A DNA stretch of 24,000 nucleotides from Pseudochrobactrum asaccharolyticum (GTDB taxonomy: Bacteria; Pseudomonadota; Alphaproteobacteria; Rhizobiales; Rhizobiaceae): assembly GCF_003314995.1 (NCBI RefSeq), contig NZ_QNRH01000001.1, forward strand, positions 659,436-683,435, in the 5' to 3' direction. Positions 9,083 to 17,195 of this stretch are shown one piece after another. The notes beneath the pieces are model-generated. The model saw only the letters and a program-made list of their open reading frames with translations. It was not told the origin of the DNA and made no database searches. Position 1 is the first letter of the stretch, and the number at the start of each line of letters is the position of its first letter. A program made the translations under genes and the position numbers.

Positions 9083-11200
9083 TTAGCCGCCGAAACGTCC
9101 GGTAATTGCGACCTTGAAAGTACGTCCCTTACCTTGCTCAATATCTGAGGTGGTTGCCCAGCCGGTCTGTGCATCTGTATAGGCTTTGTTGAAAATGTTA
9201 TCGACGCCGAAGTCGAGTTTAACATTGTCTGTGACCTGCCAGTTGGCAAAGAGATTAACCAGATCGGTGCGTGGATAAACGGTCACACCATTGCTGATCG
9301 CACGGGTAACCTTGCCGACGCTTTGATATTCAACGCCATAAACCAGTCGGTCATCCAGTGCTTTCAAACCGAGCGCAGCGCTGAAATTATGCAGCGGTGT
9401 GTTGCTCAGGGATTCGCCTTTGTAGATGCCGTCTTTCATTTCCGCATCGGTGTAGGAGGCGGCGAGGTTCACATAGCCCCACCATGTGTCATAGGTGCCT
9501 TCCAGCTCCACACCACGCAGACGGGCTGTGCCGACATTCTCGGATGTTGTGTACTTGTCGATTTTAACGGTGTTGATGTAGTCCTTCACATCCGTATGGA
9601 AGATATTCAGCTTGCTGCGCAGCTGATCACCGGCCTCAATCAGATTTTCCTGTCGCAGATTGATGCCAATTTCATAGGTGGTAGCGACTTCCGGTTTCAG
9701 GAACAGGTTCGGCTCATAACCGGAGCCATGTGAACCGTTTTGACGGAACACATCCTGCATATGCGGCACGCGGTAGCCTTGTGCATAAAGACCGTAGAAC
9801 TGGATGCCTTCGATTGGTGTGATGCCGACACTCAGGCGCGGTGACACACGATTGCCGTCAAGGCTGACATCCTGAGAAGGATTGGTTGGTGTGGCTTTGC
9901 TGGTGCCGTCGAGCTTATAGCCGTCATAGCGCACGGCACTGATGACCTCGAGCCATTTCTGATATTCGCCCTGCCATTGCACAAAGCCGCCATAAGCCTG
10001 CTGCTCACCATTGCCGAAATTATCGGTATCGGAGCGACCGCGCAGCTTATAATAATCCAAGCCGTAAGTGACTGTATGTTTCAGCGCTTCTGTTTCAAAA
10101 CGCGAGCTGTTATGTGCACGGAAACCGGATGTTGAAACATCGTAATAACGGGTTGTGCCAAGGTTTTTCAGCGGCCAGACCTGATACTGATCATTCTCTG
10201 TGGCGGCATGATAGGCATTGACCGAGAGATCCCAGAACGGATTATCATCCGGCCGGTAGGTATAGCTGCCGGTATAGGTGCTGACGATAGTATCGGCATC
10301 ATAACGCGACAGGGTTGCGGAAGAGGAACCGCTGCTGCCGGTGATAATGTCTTCATATTTCTGGCGGGAGATACCGAATTTCAGCTCATGGCCTTCTGCC
10401 GGACGCATGGTGACTTTACCCATGCCGCTGATTGCTTTTTCACCCGTCCAGCGCACATAATCGCCGTCACCGTTTTTATATTCGTCACTGTCGCGGTAGT
10501 TCAGATTACCGATAATGTCGATATTCTCATTGAAGCGGTAAGCACCGGTGGTGCTGGTGAGAAAGCCTTTGCCATTGCTCTCATAGCGCAGCTTTTCGCT
10601 CAAAGCCCATGTTTCACCGTCATTCAGGAAATCGCGGGCATCTTTGGTTTCAAAGGCAACCACGCCGCCAATCGCACCGGAACCATAGATGTTGGAAACG
10701 GGGCCACGGATGACAGTCACCTGCTTGAGCAGTTCCGGTTCGATATAGAACGAGCCGGATCCGTGCCCGACACGCCAGTAGTCCTGTCTCGCGCCGTCAA
10801 GTGTCACTGCCACACGGCCATATTGCTGAAGACCGCGAATATTAATCGAGGTTGCCGGATCATCACCGTTCAGTGAGGCATGAACACCCGGCGTGAAGCG
10901 GAAAATATCCGCAGACGTCACCGGCTGAATACGGTCGATCTGCTGGCGGGAGATCAGACTGGTCGAGGCAATCGCGTCAATCACAGCTTGATCATTGCTG
11001 AGCGGGGAAATGGTAATGGTATCAAGTTCCAGCACCTGTTGTTTGGTTTTCTCTGCGCTGGTTTGTGTTGCTGCCTGCTGCTCTGTCTTGACAGGTTTGG
11101 TTTGTGCCTGAACCGGAGAGGCGGCCAAGGCCAGCAGTCCTAAGGTGCTGAGCACTGTCGTACTCATCAAACGGAAAGCAGATTTTTGCGAGATATTCAT
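9083..11200 (-). CDS. TonB-dependent outer-membrane receptor, heme/hemoglobin type
   Basis: 705 aa with signal peptide, plug domain (ISRQQIDRIQPVTSADIFRFTPGVHASLNGDDPATSINIRGLQQYGRVAVTLDGARQDYWR), and a C-terminal beta-barrel ending in an aromatic residue region (GRTFKVAITGRFGG). Adjacent hemin SBP and SIP genes. Confidence 0.88.
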   Translation of the reverse strand: MNISQKSAFRLMSTTVLSTLGLLALAASPVQAQTKPVKTEQQAATQTSAEKTKQQVLELDTITISPLSNDQAVIDAIASTSLISRQQIDRIQPVTSADIFRFTPGVHASLNGDDPATSINIRGLQQYGRVAVTLDGARQDYWRVGHGSGSFYIEPELLKQVTVIRGPVSNIYGSGAIGGVVAFETKDARDFLNDGETWALSEKLRYESNGKGFLTSTTGAYRFNENIDIIGNLNYRDSDEYKNGDGDYVRWTGEKAISGMGKVTMRPAEGHELKFGISRQKYEDIITGSSGSSSATLSRYDADTIVSTYTGSYTYRPDDNPFWDLSVNAYHAATENDQYQVWPLKNLGTTRYYDVSTSGFRAHNSSRFETEALKHTVTYGLDYYKLRGRSDTDNFGNGEQQAYGGFVQWQGEYQKWLEVISAVRYDGYKLDGTSKATPTNPSQDVSLDGNRVSPRLSVGITPIEGIQFYGLYAQGYRVPHMQDVFRQNGSHGSGYEPNLFLKPEVATTYEIGINLRQENLIEAGDQLRSKLNIFHTDVKDYINTVKIDKYTTSENVGTARLRGVELEGTYDTWWGYVNLAASYTDAEMKDGIYKGESLSNTPLHNFSAALGLKALDDRLVYGVEYQSVGKVTRAISNGVTVYPRTDLVNLFANWQVTDNVKLDFGVDNIFNKAYTDAQTGWATTSDIEQGKGRTFKVAITGRFGG

Positions 11201-11262
11201 ATGACCCCCGATTATGCGGCCGGTACGCAGCGGGAGAAAATTTCATGCTGCAGGCTTGCATT

Positions 11263-11324
11263 AAGTTGACTCGTTAGCTCATGTTTAATAGGGCTATATA
11301 AATCATGATAAATAGAGTCAACTT
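11263..11324. promoter_or_regulatory. Paired 10 bp inverted repeats spanning the divergent receptor/SBP promoter region
   Basis: AAGTTGACTC (11263-11272) and its exact reverse complement GAGTCAACTT (11315-11324), between divergent iron-uptake genes. Confidence 0.55.
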
Positions 11325-11329
11325 TAATT

Positions 11330-12241
11330 ATGCGGAACAGACATTTGTGCACAAAGGTGGAAAATCATCCCTGTAAACGGCCGTTTGGCGTAAAAATCTT
11401 GCTTAAAAATGCGCTGCTTATTTTGCTGCTTGGCTTTTGCTATAATGCTCAGGCACAGGAGCAGGGAACAGCACAGCGTATTATAACGCTGGGGCCGGAT
11501 GTGACCGAGATTGTTTATGCGCTTGGCAGTAGCGACAAAATTGTAGCTCTTGACCGCAGCAGCAAATATCCGGCGGATACAGCGAATAAAACCAATGTCG
11601 GCTACCGGCGCAGTTTATCAGCCGAAGGCGTGCTGGCACTGCATCCTGATCTTATCATTGCATCAGAGGATATCGGCCCGCCGGAAGTGGCGGATGTGCT
11701 TAACCAGTCCGGTGTGCCCGTGCTGTATATTCCGGCGATCAACAGTCGTGAGGGGCTGATTACCAAGGTGAGCATGATTGCTGAACGTCTGAACCTGCAA
11801 GCGCAGGGAGAGGTGCTGACAAAGCAGATCATTGCGGATTTTGATGCAGCCATGGTGCATGTGCGTAAAGTCTCGGAAGGGCGCGGCAAGAAGGTGGTAT
11901 TTTTCCATGGTCTGACCAAACTGAGCGGTGCAGGCAGTGACACGGCGGCAGATGCTTTTATCCGTCATGCGGGCGGGGTTAATCCGCTGTCCGTCTATAA
12001 AGGTTATAAAGCCGTCTCCGAGGAATGGTTGCTGGAGGCTGAACCGGATGTGGTGCTGATGCTCTCTGACGGTGCCGGTGGCCCCAAGCCGGAGGATGTG
12101 TTTTCTGTTAAAGCGCTGCAAACCACGCCTGCGGCCAAAAGCAAATCACTGATTGTACTGGACGGGCCTTATATGCTTGGCTTCGGCCCTCGCACGGCGG
12201 AAGCTGTACGCATTCTGGCTGATGCGCTTTACGGGCAGTAA
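11330..12241 (+). CDS. hmuT: Periplasmic hemin/heme ABC transporter substrate-binding protein (start codon uncertain; may be downstream, e.g. the TTG near 11399)
   Basis: 303 aa with signal-peptide-like ILLKNALLILLLGFCYNAQAQ and TroA/BtuF-like fold motifs (RIITLGPDVTEIVYALGSSDKIVALDRSSKYPADTANKTNVGYRRSLSAEGVLALHPDLIIASEDIGP). Confidence 0.85.
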   Translation: MRNRHLCTKVENHPCKRPFGVKILLKNALLILLLGFCYNAQAQEQGTAQRIITLGPDVTEIVYALGSSDKIVALDRSSKYPADTANKTNVGYRRSLSAEGVLALHPDLIIASEDIGPPEVADVLNQSGVPVLYIPAINSREGLITKVSMIAERLNLQAQGEVLTKQIIADFDAAMVHVRKVSEGRGKKVVFFHGLTKLSGAGSDTAADAFIRHAGGVNPLSVYKGYKAVSEEWLLEAEPDVVLMLSDGAGGPKPEDVFSVKALQTTPAAKSKSLIVLDGPYMLGFGPRTAEAVRILADALYGQ

Positions 12242-12247
12242 TTACAT

Positions 12248-12823
12248 TCAATCATCAATTTTCTTCGGCAGCAGTTTTTCAATATCGCGGAAAATCTGCT
12301 GCCATTCATCTTCATTCAGATCAAAAAGCTGAAAACTGCGCAGCAGAAACGCACCCTCATTGGCTATAAAAGCTAAGCGGGCATTGCGCCCTTGTTCTGT
12401 TGATACATCCAGTTCGCTCAGTTGCTGACGATACCATTGACGGGTATCTGCCAGATGCTCGGAATTGGGGATCAGTGCAGCCAGCATTGCGGCAAAGCGT
12501 GAGTCACCGAGCGGATCACTATCGCGCGTTACCCGTATATGCGCGGCAATATGGGACAGCATGTCGGTTTTACCGTTTTTCTCGGTTGTAACCTTCTTGT
12601 CAAATTTATTGCCCCAACGGGTGAGCATGGCATCAACCAACCCGTCTTTGGTGCCGAAACAATATTGCACTCCGCCTTTGGTGATACCTGCTGCTTTAGC
12701 CAGCGCATCAATCGTCAAAGCAGTGGCACCATGCTCGACGACAATTTTCTCCGCCAGATCCAGCAAGTGATTGCGGTCGATTGTGCGGGGGCGGCCGATT
12801 TTTGTGTGTTTTTTACTTTCCAT
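12248..12823 (-). CDS. TetR/AcrR-family transcriptional regulator
   Basis: 191 aa with TetR HTH (GRPRTIDRNHLLDLAEKIVVEHGATALTIDALAKAAGITKGGVQYCFGTKDGLVDAML). Divergent from an MFS exporter. Confidence 0.9.
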   Translation of the reverse strand: MESKKHTKIGRPRTIDRNHLLDLAEKIVVEHGATALTIDALAKAAGITKGGVQYCFGTKDGLVDAMLTRWGNKFDKKVTTEKNGKTDMLSHIAAHIRVTRDSDPLGDSRFAAMLAALIPNSEHLADTRQWYRQQLSELDVSTEQGRNARLAFIANEGAFLLRSFQLFDLNEDEWQQIFRDIEKLLPKKIDD

Positions 12824-12867
12824 ACGTATGGATTTAAATTATCGACCTTCGGGTTTCAAGTGTTTAT

Positions 12868-12896
12868 TGCAACGATCAGCTCCCGGATACGTTGCA
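12868..12896. promoter_or_regulatory. Candidate TetR operator between tetR and the MFS exporter
   Basis: Inverted repeat TGCAACG ... CGTTGCA with a 15 nt spacer in the divergent intergenic region. Confidence 0.35.
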
Positions 12897-12947
12897 GACT
12901 TTGATTTAAACGTGCTGAAAAACAGCACAACAGAAGTGGATTTTACA

Positions 12948-14447
12948 ATGGCATTACAAAACCGCTGGCTGGTTCTGGCCATCGTTTCGAGTGCATTATT
13001 TTTAATCGTTATTGATATGACAGTGCTTTACACAGCTCTGCCGCGCCTTACCCATGATCTTGCGGCAAGTGCTTCTGAAAAGCTCTGGATCATCAATGCC
13101 TATCCGCTGGTCGTTGCGGGCTTGCTGCCGGGTGTCGGCAGTCTTGGTGACCGCCTTGGCCATAAACGCATGTTCACATCAGGTCTCGTCGTTTTCGGAC
13201 TTGCATCGCTGACTGCCGCCTATGCACCGACAGCTGAAGTGCTGATTGCAGCGCGTGTATTGCTTGCCGTTGGTGCGGCGATGATGATGCCTGCAACCCT
13301 CTCGATCATTCGACTGACGTTTGAGGATGAGCATGAACGCTCTTTCGCAATTGGTATCTGGGCGGCAGTTGCCTCCGGCGGTGCTGCATTCGGTCCTGTG
13401 GTTGGCGGTGTGCTGCTCGAATACTTTTGGTGGGGCTCTGTTTTCCTCATCAATGTACCGGTTGTCGTGATCGCGCTGCTCTTTGCCCTGTTTGTACTGG
13501 AAAGCCGCCCCGGTAATAAAAACCGCAAATGGGACCTGATCGGTTCCATTCAGGTGATGATCGGTCTGGTTGGCGTGACTTTTGCGCTGAAAGAACTGGC
13601 AAAGCGTGACGGTTCTCTGGTGTTGTTTGCCGTCGCACTGGTTGTTGGTCTGACCGCGCTGGTTGTGTTCTATCGCAGGCAGCGGGCAACCAACGGCATG
13701 CTGATTGATTTCTCGCTGTTTAGTAACCGCAAATTCTCGTCCGGCGTCATGGCAGCTTCGGTCTCTGCAGCGGCTTTGATTGGTGTGGAGCTGGTTTTCA
13801 GCCAGCGCTTGCAGCTGGTCGCCGGTTATTCGCCGCTCGAGGCCGGTTTGCTCATTCTGCCAATTCCGCTGGCTGCCTTTGTAGCAGGGCCTCTGGTCGG
13901 CTGGGGCTTGCCTAAAATCGGTGCTGCGCGGGTACTGTGGGGCGGGATGATGATTACAGGTCTCGGCTGTACGCTGTATTTGCTGAGCTTCCAGCTACAG
14001 CCACATGTCTGGCTGATCGGGCTGATGATTATGGGCTTTGGTGTCGGTGCGTCAATGACCGGTGCTTCCACGGCTATTATGGGCAATGCACCGCAGGAAA
14101 AGGCCGGTATGGCTGCCTCTGTAGAGGAGGTGTCCTTTGAACTCGGCGGTGCAACCGGCGTTACGATTTTCGGTAGTCTGATGACTGCGATCTACACGGC
14201 TTTCATGGTGATACCAGCAGGTTCAGGCTTTACTGATACCATTCGTGACAGTCTGGATGAGGCATTGTTATTTGCGGAAACGTTGCCTGCGGATCAGGCA
14301 CAGCACTTGCGTGAAATCGGATTCATTGCCTTTGATCAGGCCTTTATGTGGGTGATTGGCACAGCAGTCCTGCTGATCTTTTCAACGGCTTTGCTGATTT
14401 TCCGGATGAACCGGAAATCCTGTGAGGCAGCTTTGAAAAAAGCATAA
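12948..14447 (+). CDS. MFS transporter, DHA2 (14-TMS) family, SmvA/QacA-like multidrug efflux
   Basis: 499 aa from MALQNRWLVLAIVSSALFLIVIDMTVLYTALPRL... with motif C/DHA2-type features (GSLGDRLGHKRMF; GGAAFGPVVGGVLLEYFWWGSVFLINVP). The listed ORF begins at a TTG at 12771, which lies inside tetR and is unlikely. Confidence 0.88.
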   Translation: MALQNRWLVLAIVSSALFLIVIDMTVLYTALPRLTHDLAASASEKLWIINAYPLVVAGLLPGVGSLGDRLGHKRMFTSGLVVFGLASLTAAYAPTAEVLIAARVLLAVGAAMMMPATLSIIRLTFEDEHERSFAIGIWAAVASGGAAFGPVVGGVLLEYFWWGSVFLINVPVVVIALLFALFVLESRPGNKNRKWDLIGSIQVMIGLVGVTFALKELAKRDGSLVLFAVALVVGLTALVVFYRRQRATNGMLIDFSLFSNRKFSSGVMAASVSAAALIGVELVFSQRLQLVAGYSPLEAGLLILPIPLAAFVAGPLVGWGLPKIGAARVLWGGMMITGLGCTLYLLSFQLQPHVWLIGLMIMGFGVGASMTGASTAIMGNAPQEKAGMAASVEEVSFELGGATGVTIFGSLMTAIYTAFMVIPAGSGFTDTIRDSLDEALLFAETLPADQAQHLREIGFIAFDQAFMWVIGTAVLLIFSTALLIFRMNRKSCEAALKKA

Positions 14448-14448
14448 A

Positions 14449-14485
14449 AAAAACCGGCTCATTCAGGCAGAATGAGCCGGTTTTT
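14449..14485. terminator. Bidirectional Rho-independent terminator between convergent genes
   Basis: AAAAACCGGCTCATTC-aggca-GAATGAGCCGGTTTTT: long GC-rich stem flanked by A- and T-runs. Confidence 0.9.
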
Positions 14486-14517
14486 CGTTGGGTAATGCGT
14501 AAAATTACAGCAGATGA

Positions 14518-15450
14518 TTATTTATCATCTTTCATACGGGCGAAATAATTCGCCAGCAGCGCACCGGAAATATTGTGCCATACGCTGAAGATCGCGCTTG
14601 GTACCGCGGCCAGCGGTGAGAAATGCGCATTGGCAAGGGCTGCACCCAGACCGCTGTTCTGCATGCCGACTTCAATCGCAATCGCTTTACGTTTGGCCAG
14701 CGACATGCCGGTGAGTTTGGCAGCGGTAAAGCCAAGCAGATAGCCGATGCCATTGTGTAGCACCACAACAACAAAGATCAGCAGGCCGGATGTTGCAATC
14801 GCGCCTTTGCTGCCAGCCACAACGGCGGCGACGATCAGTACAATACCGGTTACGCTCACCAATGGCAGAGCAGGTACGGCAGCTTTAACGACACCCGGAA
14901 TAAGCTTCTGCGCGAGAACGCCGAGCGCCAGCGGTACGAGAATGACTTTAACAATGCTCATAAACATTGCCCATGCATCCACCGGCAGGAACTGACTGGC
15001 AAAGAACCAGACGAGGAATGGCGTTACCAGTGGTGCCGCCAGTGTGGTTACACTGGTGCAGGCAACGGACAATGCCACATCACCTTTGCCGAGATAGGTC
15101 ATCACATTGCTCGATGTACCGCCCGGGCAGCAACCGACGAGAATGACACCGGCTGCAACTTCAGGAGACATCGGAATAATCTTGGTCAGCAGCACGGCAA
15201 GCAGCGGCATGATCAGGAACTGGGATGCAACACCGATACCCACATCAACCGGACGACGCACCACTTCACGGAAATCATCGACGGAGAGGGTAAGACCCAT
15301 GCCGAACATAATGATACCGAGCAGGGTAACAATATAAGGGCCGAAGAATTTAAAGGTCTCAGGGAATACAAAACCGAGAACGGCGAACAGCAGAACCCAG
15401 ACCGCAAAGGTCTTGCCTACGAAGGCCGAAAAGCTTGCAAGTGCTTTCAT
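14518..15450 (-). CDS. Bile acid:sodium symporter (BASS)-family transporter
   Basis: 310 aa, ~9-10 TMS, with VILVGCCPGGTSSNVMTYLGKGDVALSV and EVGMQNSGLGAALA signatures. Confidence 0.92.
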   Translation of the reverse strand: MKALASFSAFVGKTFAVWVLLFAVLGFVFPETFKFFGPYIVTLLGIIMFGMGLTLSVDDFREVVRRPVDVGIGVASQFLIMPLLAVLLTKIIPMSPEVAAGVILVGCCPGGTSSNVMTYLGKGDVALSVACTSVTTLAAPLVTPFLVWFFASQFLPVDAWAMFMSIVKVILVPLALGVLAQKLIPGVVKAAVPALPLVSVTGIVLIVAAVVAGSKGAIATSGLLIFVVVVLHNGIGYLLGFTAAKLTGMSLAKRKAIAIEVGMQNSGLGAALANAHFSPLAAVPSAIFSVWHNISGALLANYFARMKDDK

Positions 15451-15604
15451 TACAGATAGTCCTTATTCAATAACAGACCCCGATCTAATTTTTATGAGGC
15501 GGCATAGCAAGTTATTAATGAAATAAAAAAGGTCTTATACGGGTAATAAAATGAGTCTGAGCTGATGGCCTATAGGTCTAAAGTTTCATGGGGCACATGA
15601 AAAA

Positions 15605-15636
15605 CACCCGCCGTGAGACAGCTCTCACGACGGGTG
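15605..15636 (-). terminator. Rho-independent terminator downstream of the MHS transporter gene
   Basis: On the minus strand: CACCCG-t-CGTGAGA-gctg-TCTCACG-g-CGGGTG followed by TTTTT. Confidence 0.82.
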
Positions 15637-15662
15637 CAGTGAATGTGTGACTGACAGAACTG

Positions 15663-16976
15663 TCAGGCTGTCTTTTTATTATCGCTCATTTTGAAAATCG
15701 CGAACAATGCGATGACAGCTGCGATACTGACATACCATGCCGGTGCGCTGTAGCCGAGCGAGGTTGTGCCGAGCCATGTCAGTGCTGCCGGAGCAAAACC
15801 ACCGAAAATTGTGGTGGAGATGTTATAGGCAAGCGACATACCGGTTGAACGGATATGGGTCGGGAAGACTTCGGACAGAGCGGAAGGTGCAACGCCAACC
15901 ACACCGGCAACCATAACACAGAAGCAGCTCTGAACAGTGATCAGGGTGCTGAGTGTTGGTGAGTGATGCAGCCACCACAGCAGCGGATGAATAGCAATCA
16001 GCAGCACGGTTGTGGTGATCGCCAGTGTCAAACGACGGCCGATCTTGTCGGAAACAGCACCGGCAACGATACAACCGACAGCCATAAGACTATTTCCGAT
16101 CAGGGCAGCAATGAATGCCTGTGAACCGGTGAAACCGAATGCACGCTGTACATAGATCGGCATATAGATGATCATGACATAGACGCTGGCTGCCCATAAT
16201 ACGGAGAAGGCTGTACCTTTGAGCAATGCACCGCCATAATTGACGAATACTTCTTTCAGAGGGGCATGTTCTGCAGTTTTGCCTTGTTTATCAAATTCAG
16301 CTTTGAAAACAGGCGTTTCATCCAGTGAACGGCGCATCCACAGACCAACAGGTGCAATCAGCAGGCCGAGGATGAACGGAATACGCCAGCCCCAGTCACC
16401 AACCTGATCTTCAGTGAGAAGTGAGGTGACAGCGAGAGCAACAAAGGCACCAATAATATTGGAAAATGCCATACTGGCCTGCAGCCATGCAGCATATTTA
16501 CCTTTTTGACCTTCCGGCGCATGCTCCACCAGAAAGGCTGCGGCACTGCCGACTTCACCACCGGCTGAGAAGCCCTGCAGCACACGGCCGGCAAGAATAA
16601 TCATCGGAGCGCCGATACCGATCGCGGCATAGGTTGGTGCAATAGCGATCAGCAGCGTACCGGCTGCCATGATCATGATTGTCAGAAACAATGCCGCTTT
16701 ACGACCGGCTTTGTCGGCATAAACGCCGAGGACAACCGCGCCCAGCGGACGGATCAGAAAGCCAAGACCAAAGGCCAGAAAGGACTTGATCAGCTCGACA
16801 GTGTCATTTCCGCCAGGGAAAAAATTCTTGGCGATGTAAACGGCAAACAAAGCGTAGATTGTAAAATCATACCATTCCAGCGCATTACCGATAGAAGCGG
16901 CAGCGACAGCCTTTTTGGCATTGGAATTCGGCTTTGCGTCCGATTTGATAGTTTGATTATGTGTAACGTCCGTCAT
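15663..16976 (-). CDS. MFS transporter, metabolite:H+ symporter (MHS; ProP/betaine- or carboxylate-like) family
   Basis: 437 aa with AASIGNALEWYDFTIYALFAVYIAKNFFPG, RPLGAVVLGVYADKAGRKAAL and LLAPVGLWMRRSLDETPVF signatures typical of MHS transporters. Confidence 0.92.
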   Translation of the reverse strand: MTDVTHNQTIKSDAKPNSNAKKAVAAASIGNALEWYDFTIYALFAVYIAKNFFPGGNDTVELIKSFLAFGLGFLIRPLGAVVLGVYADKAGRKAALFLTIMIMAAGTLLIAIAPTYAAIGIGAPMIILAGRVLQGFSAGGEVGSAAAFLVEHAPEGQKGKYAAWLQASMAFSNIIGAFVALAVTSLLTEDQVGDWGWRIPFILGLLIAPVGLWMRRSLDETPVFKAEFDKQGKTAEHAPLKEVFVNYGGALLKGTAFSVLWAASVYVMIIYMPIYVQRAFGFTGSQAFIAALIGNSLMAVGCIVAGAVSDKIGRRLTLAITTTVLLIAIHPLLWWLHHSPTLSTLITVQSCFCVMVAGVVGVAPSALSEVFPTHIRSTGMSLAYNISTTIFGGFAPAALTWLGTTSLGYSAPAWYVSIAAVIALFAIFKMSDNKKTA

Positions 16977-17104
16977 ATGACAGAATCCCCCAAATATTCC
17001 GGCTGTGGTCTTTTATGTCTCATCTCCCACCAGCAATACGAGACAGTAACAATTTAACTTTGTGTCGGCAGTTGACAAAAAATGAATGTCTCCATAGCGA
17101 AAAA

Positions 17105-17119
17105 CGAAATAGTATTTCG
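17105..17119. promoter_or_regulatory. 15 bp palindrome in the divergent MHS-transporter/LysR intergenic region; candidate operator
   Basis: CGAAATA-G-TATTTCG, a perfect 7 bp arm palindrome roughly 75-90 bp upstream of the LysR gene start. Confidence 0.4.
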
Positions 17120-17195
17120 GCGGAACAATATTTTTGTATTTATGGCATATTGGATTGATATTCCTGATAAAAATCACTGATGAAGGTCTGTGCCT

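Noticed and set aside
12771-14447. Full 558 aa ORF extent for the MFS exporter
   Set aside because: The first 59 residues come from a TTG start inside the divergent tetR gene and do not resemble a transporter N-terminus; the ATG at 12948 (MALQNRWLVL) starts right before TM1.
15651-15666. Palindrome CTGACAG-aa-CTGTCAG at the MHS transporter stop codon
   Set aside because: Short and immediately next to a much stronger terminator hairpin at 15605-15636; probably an incidental or auxiliary hairpin, not a separate system.
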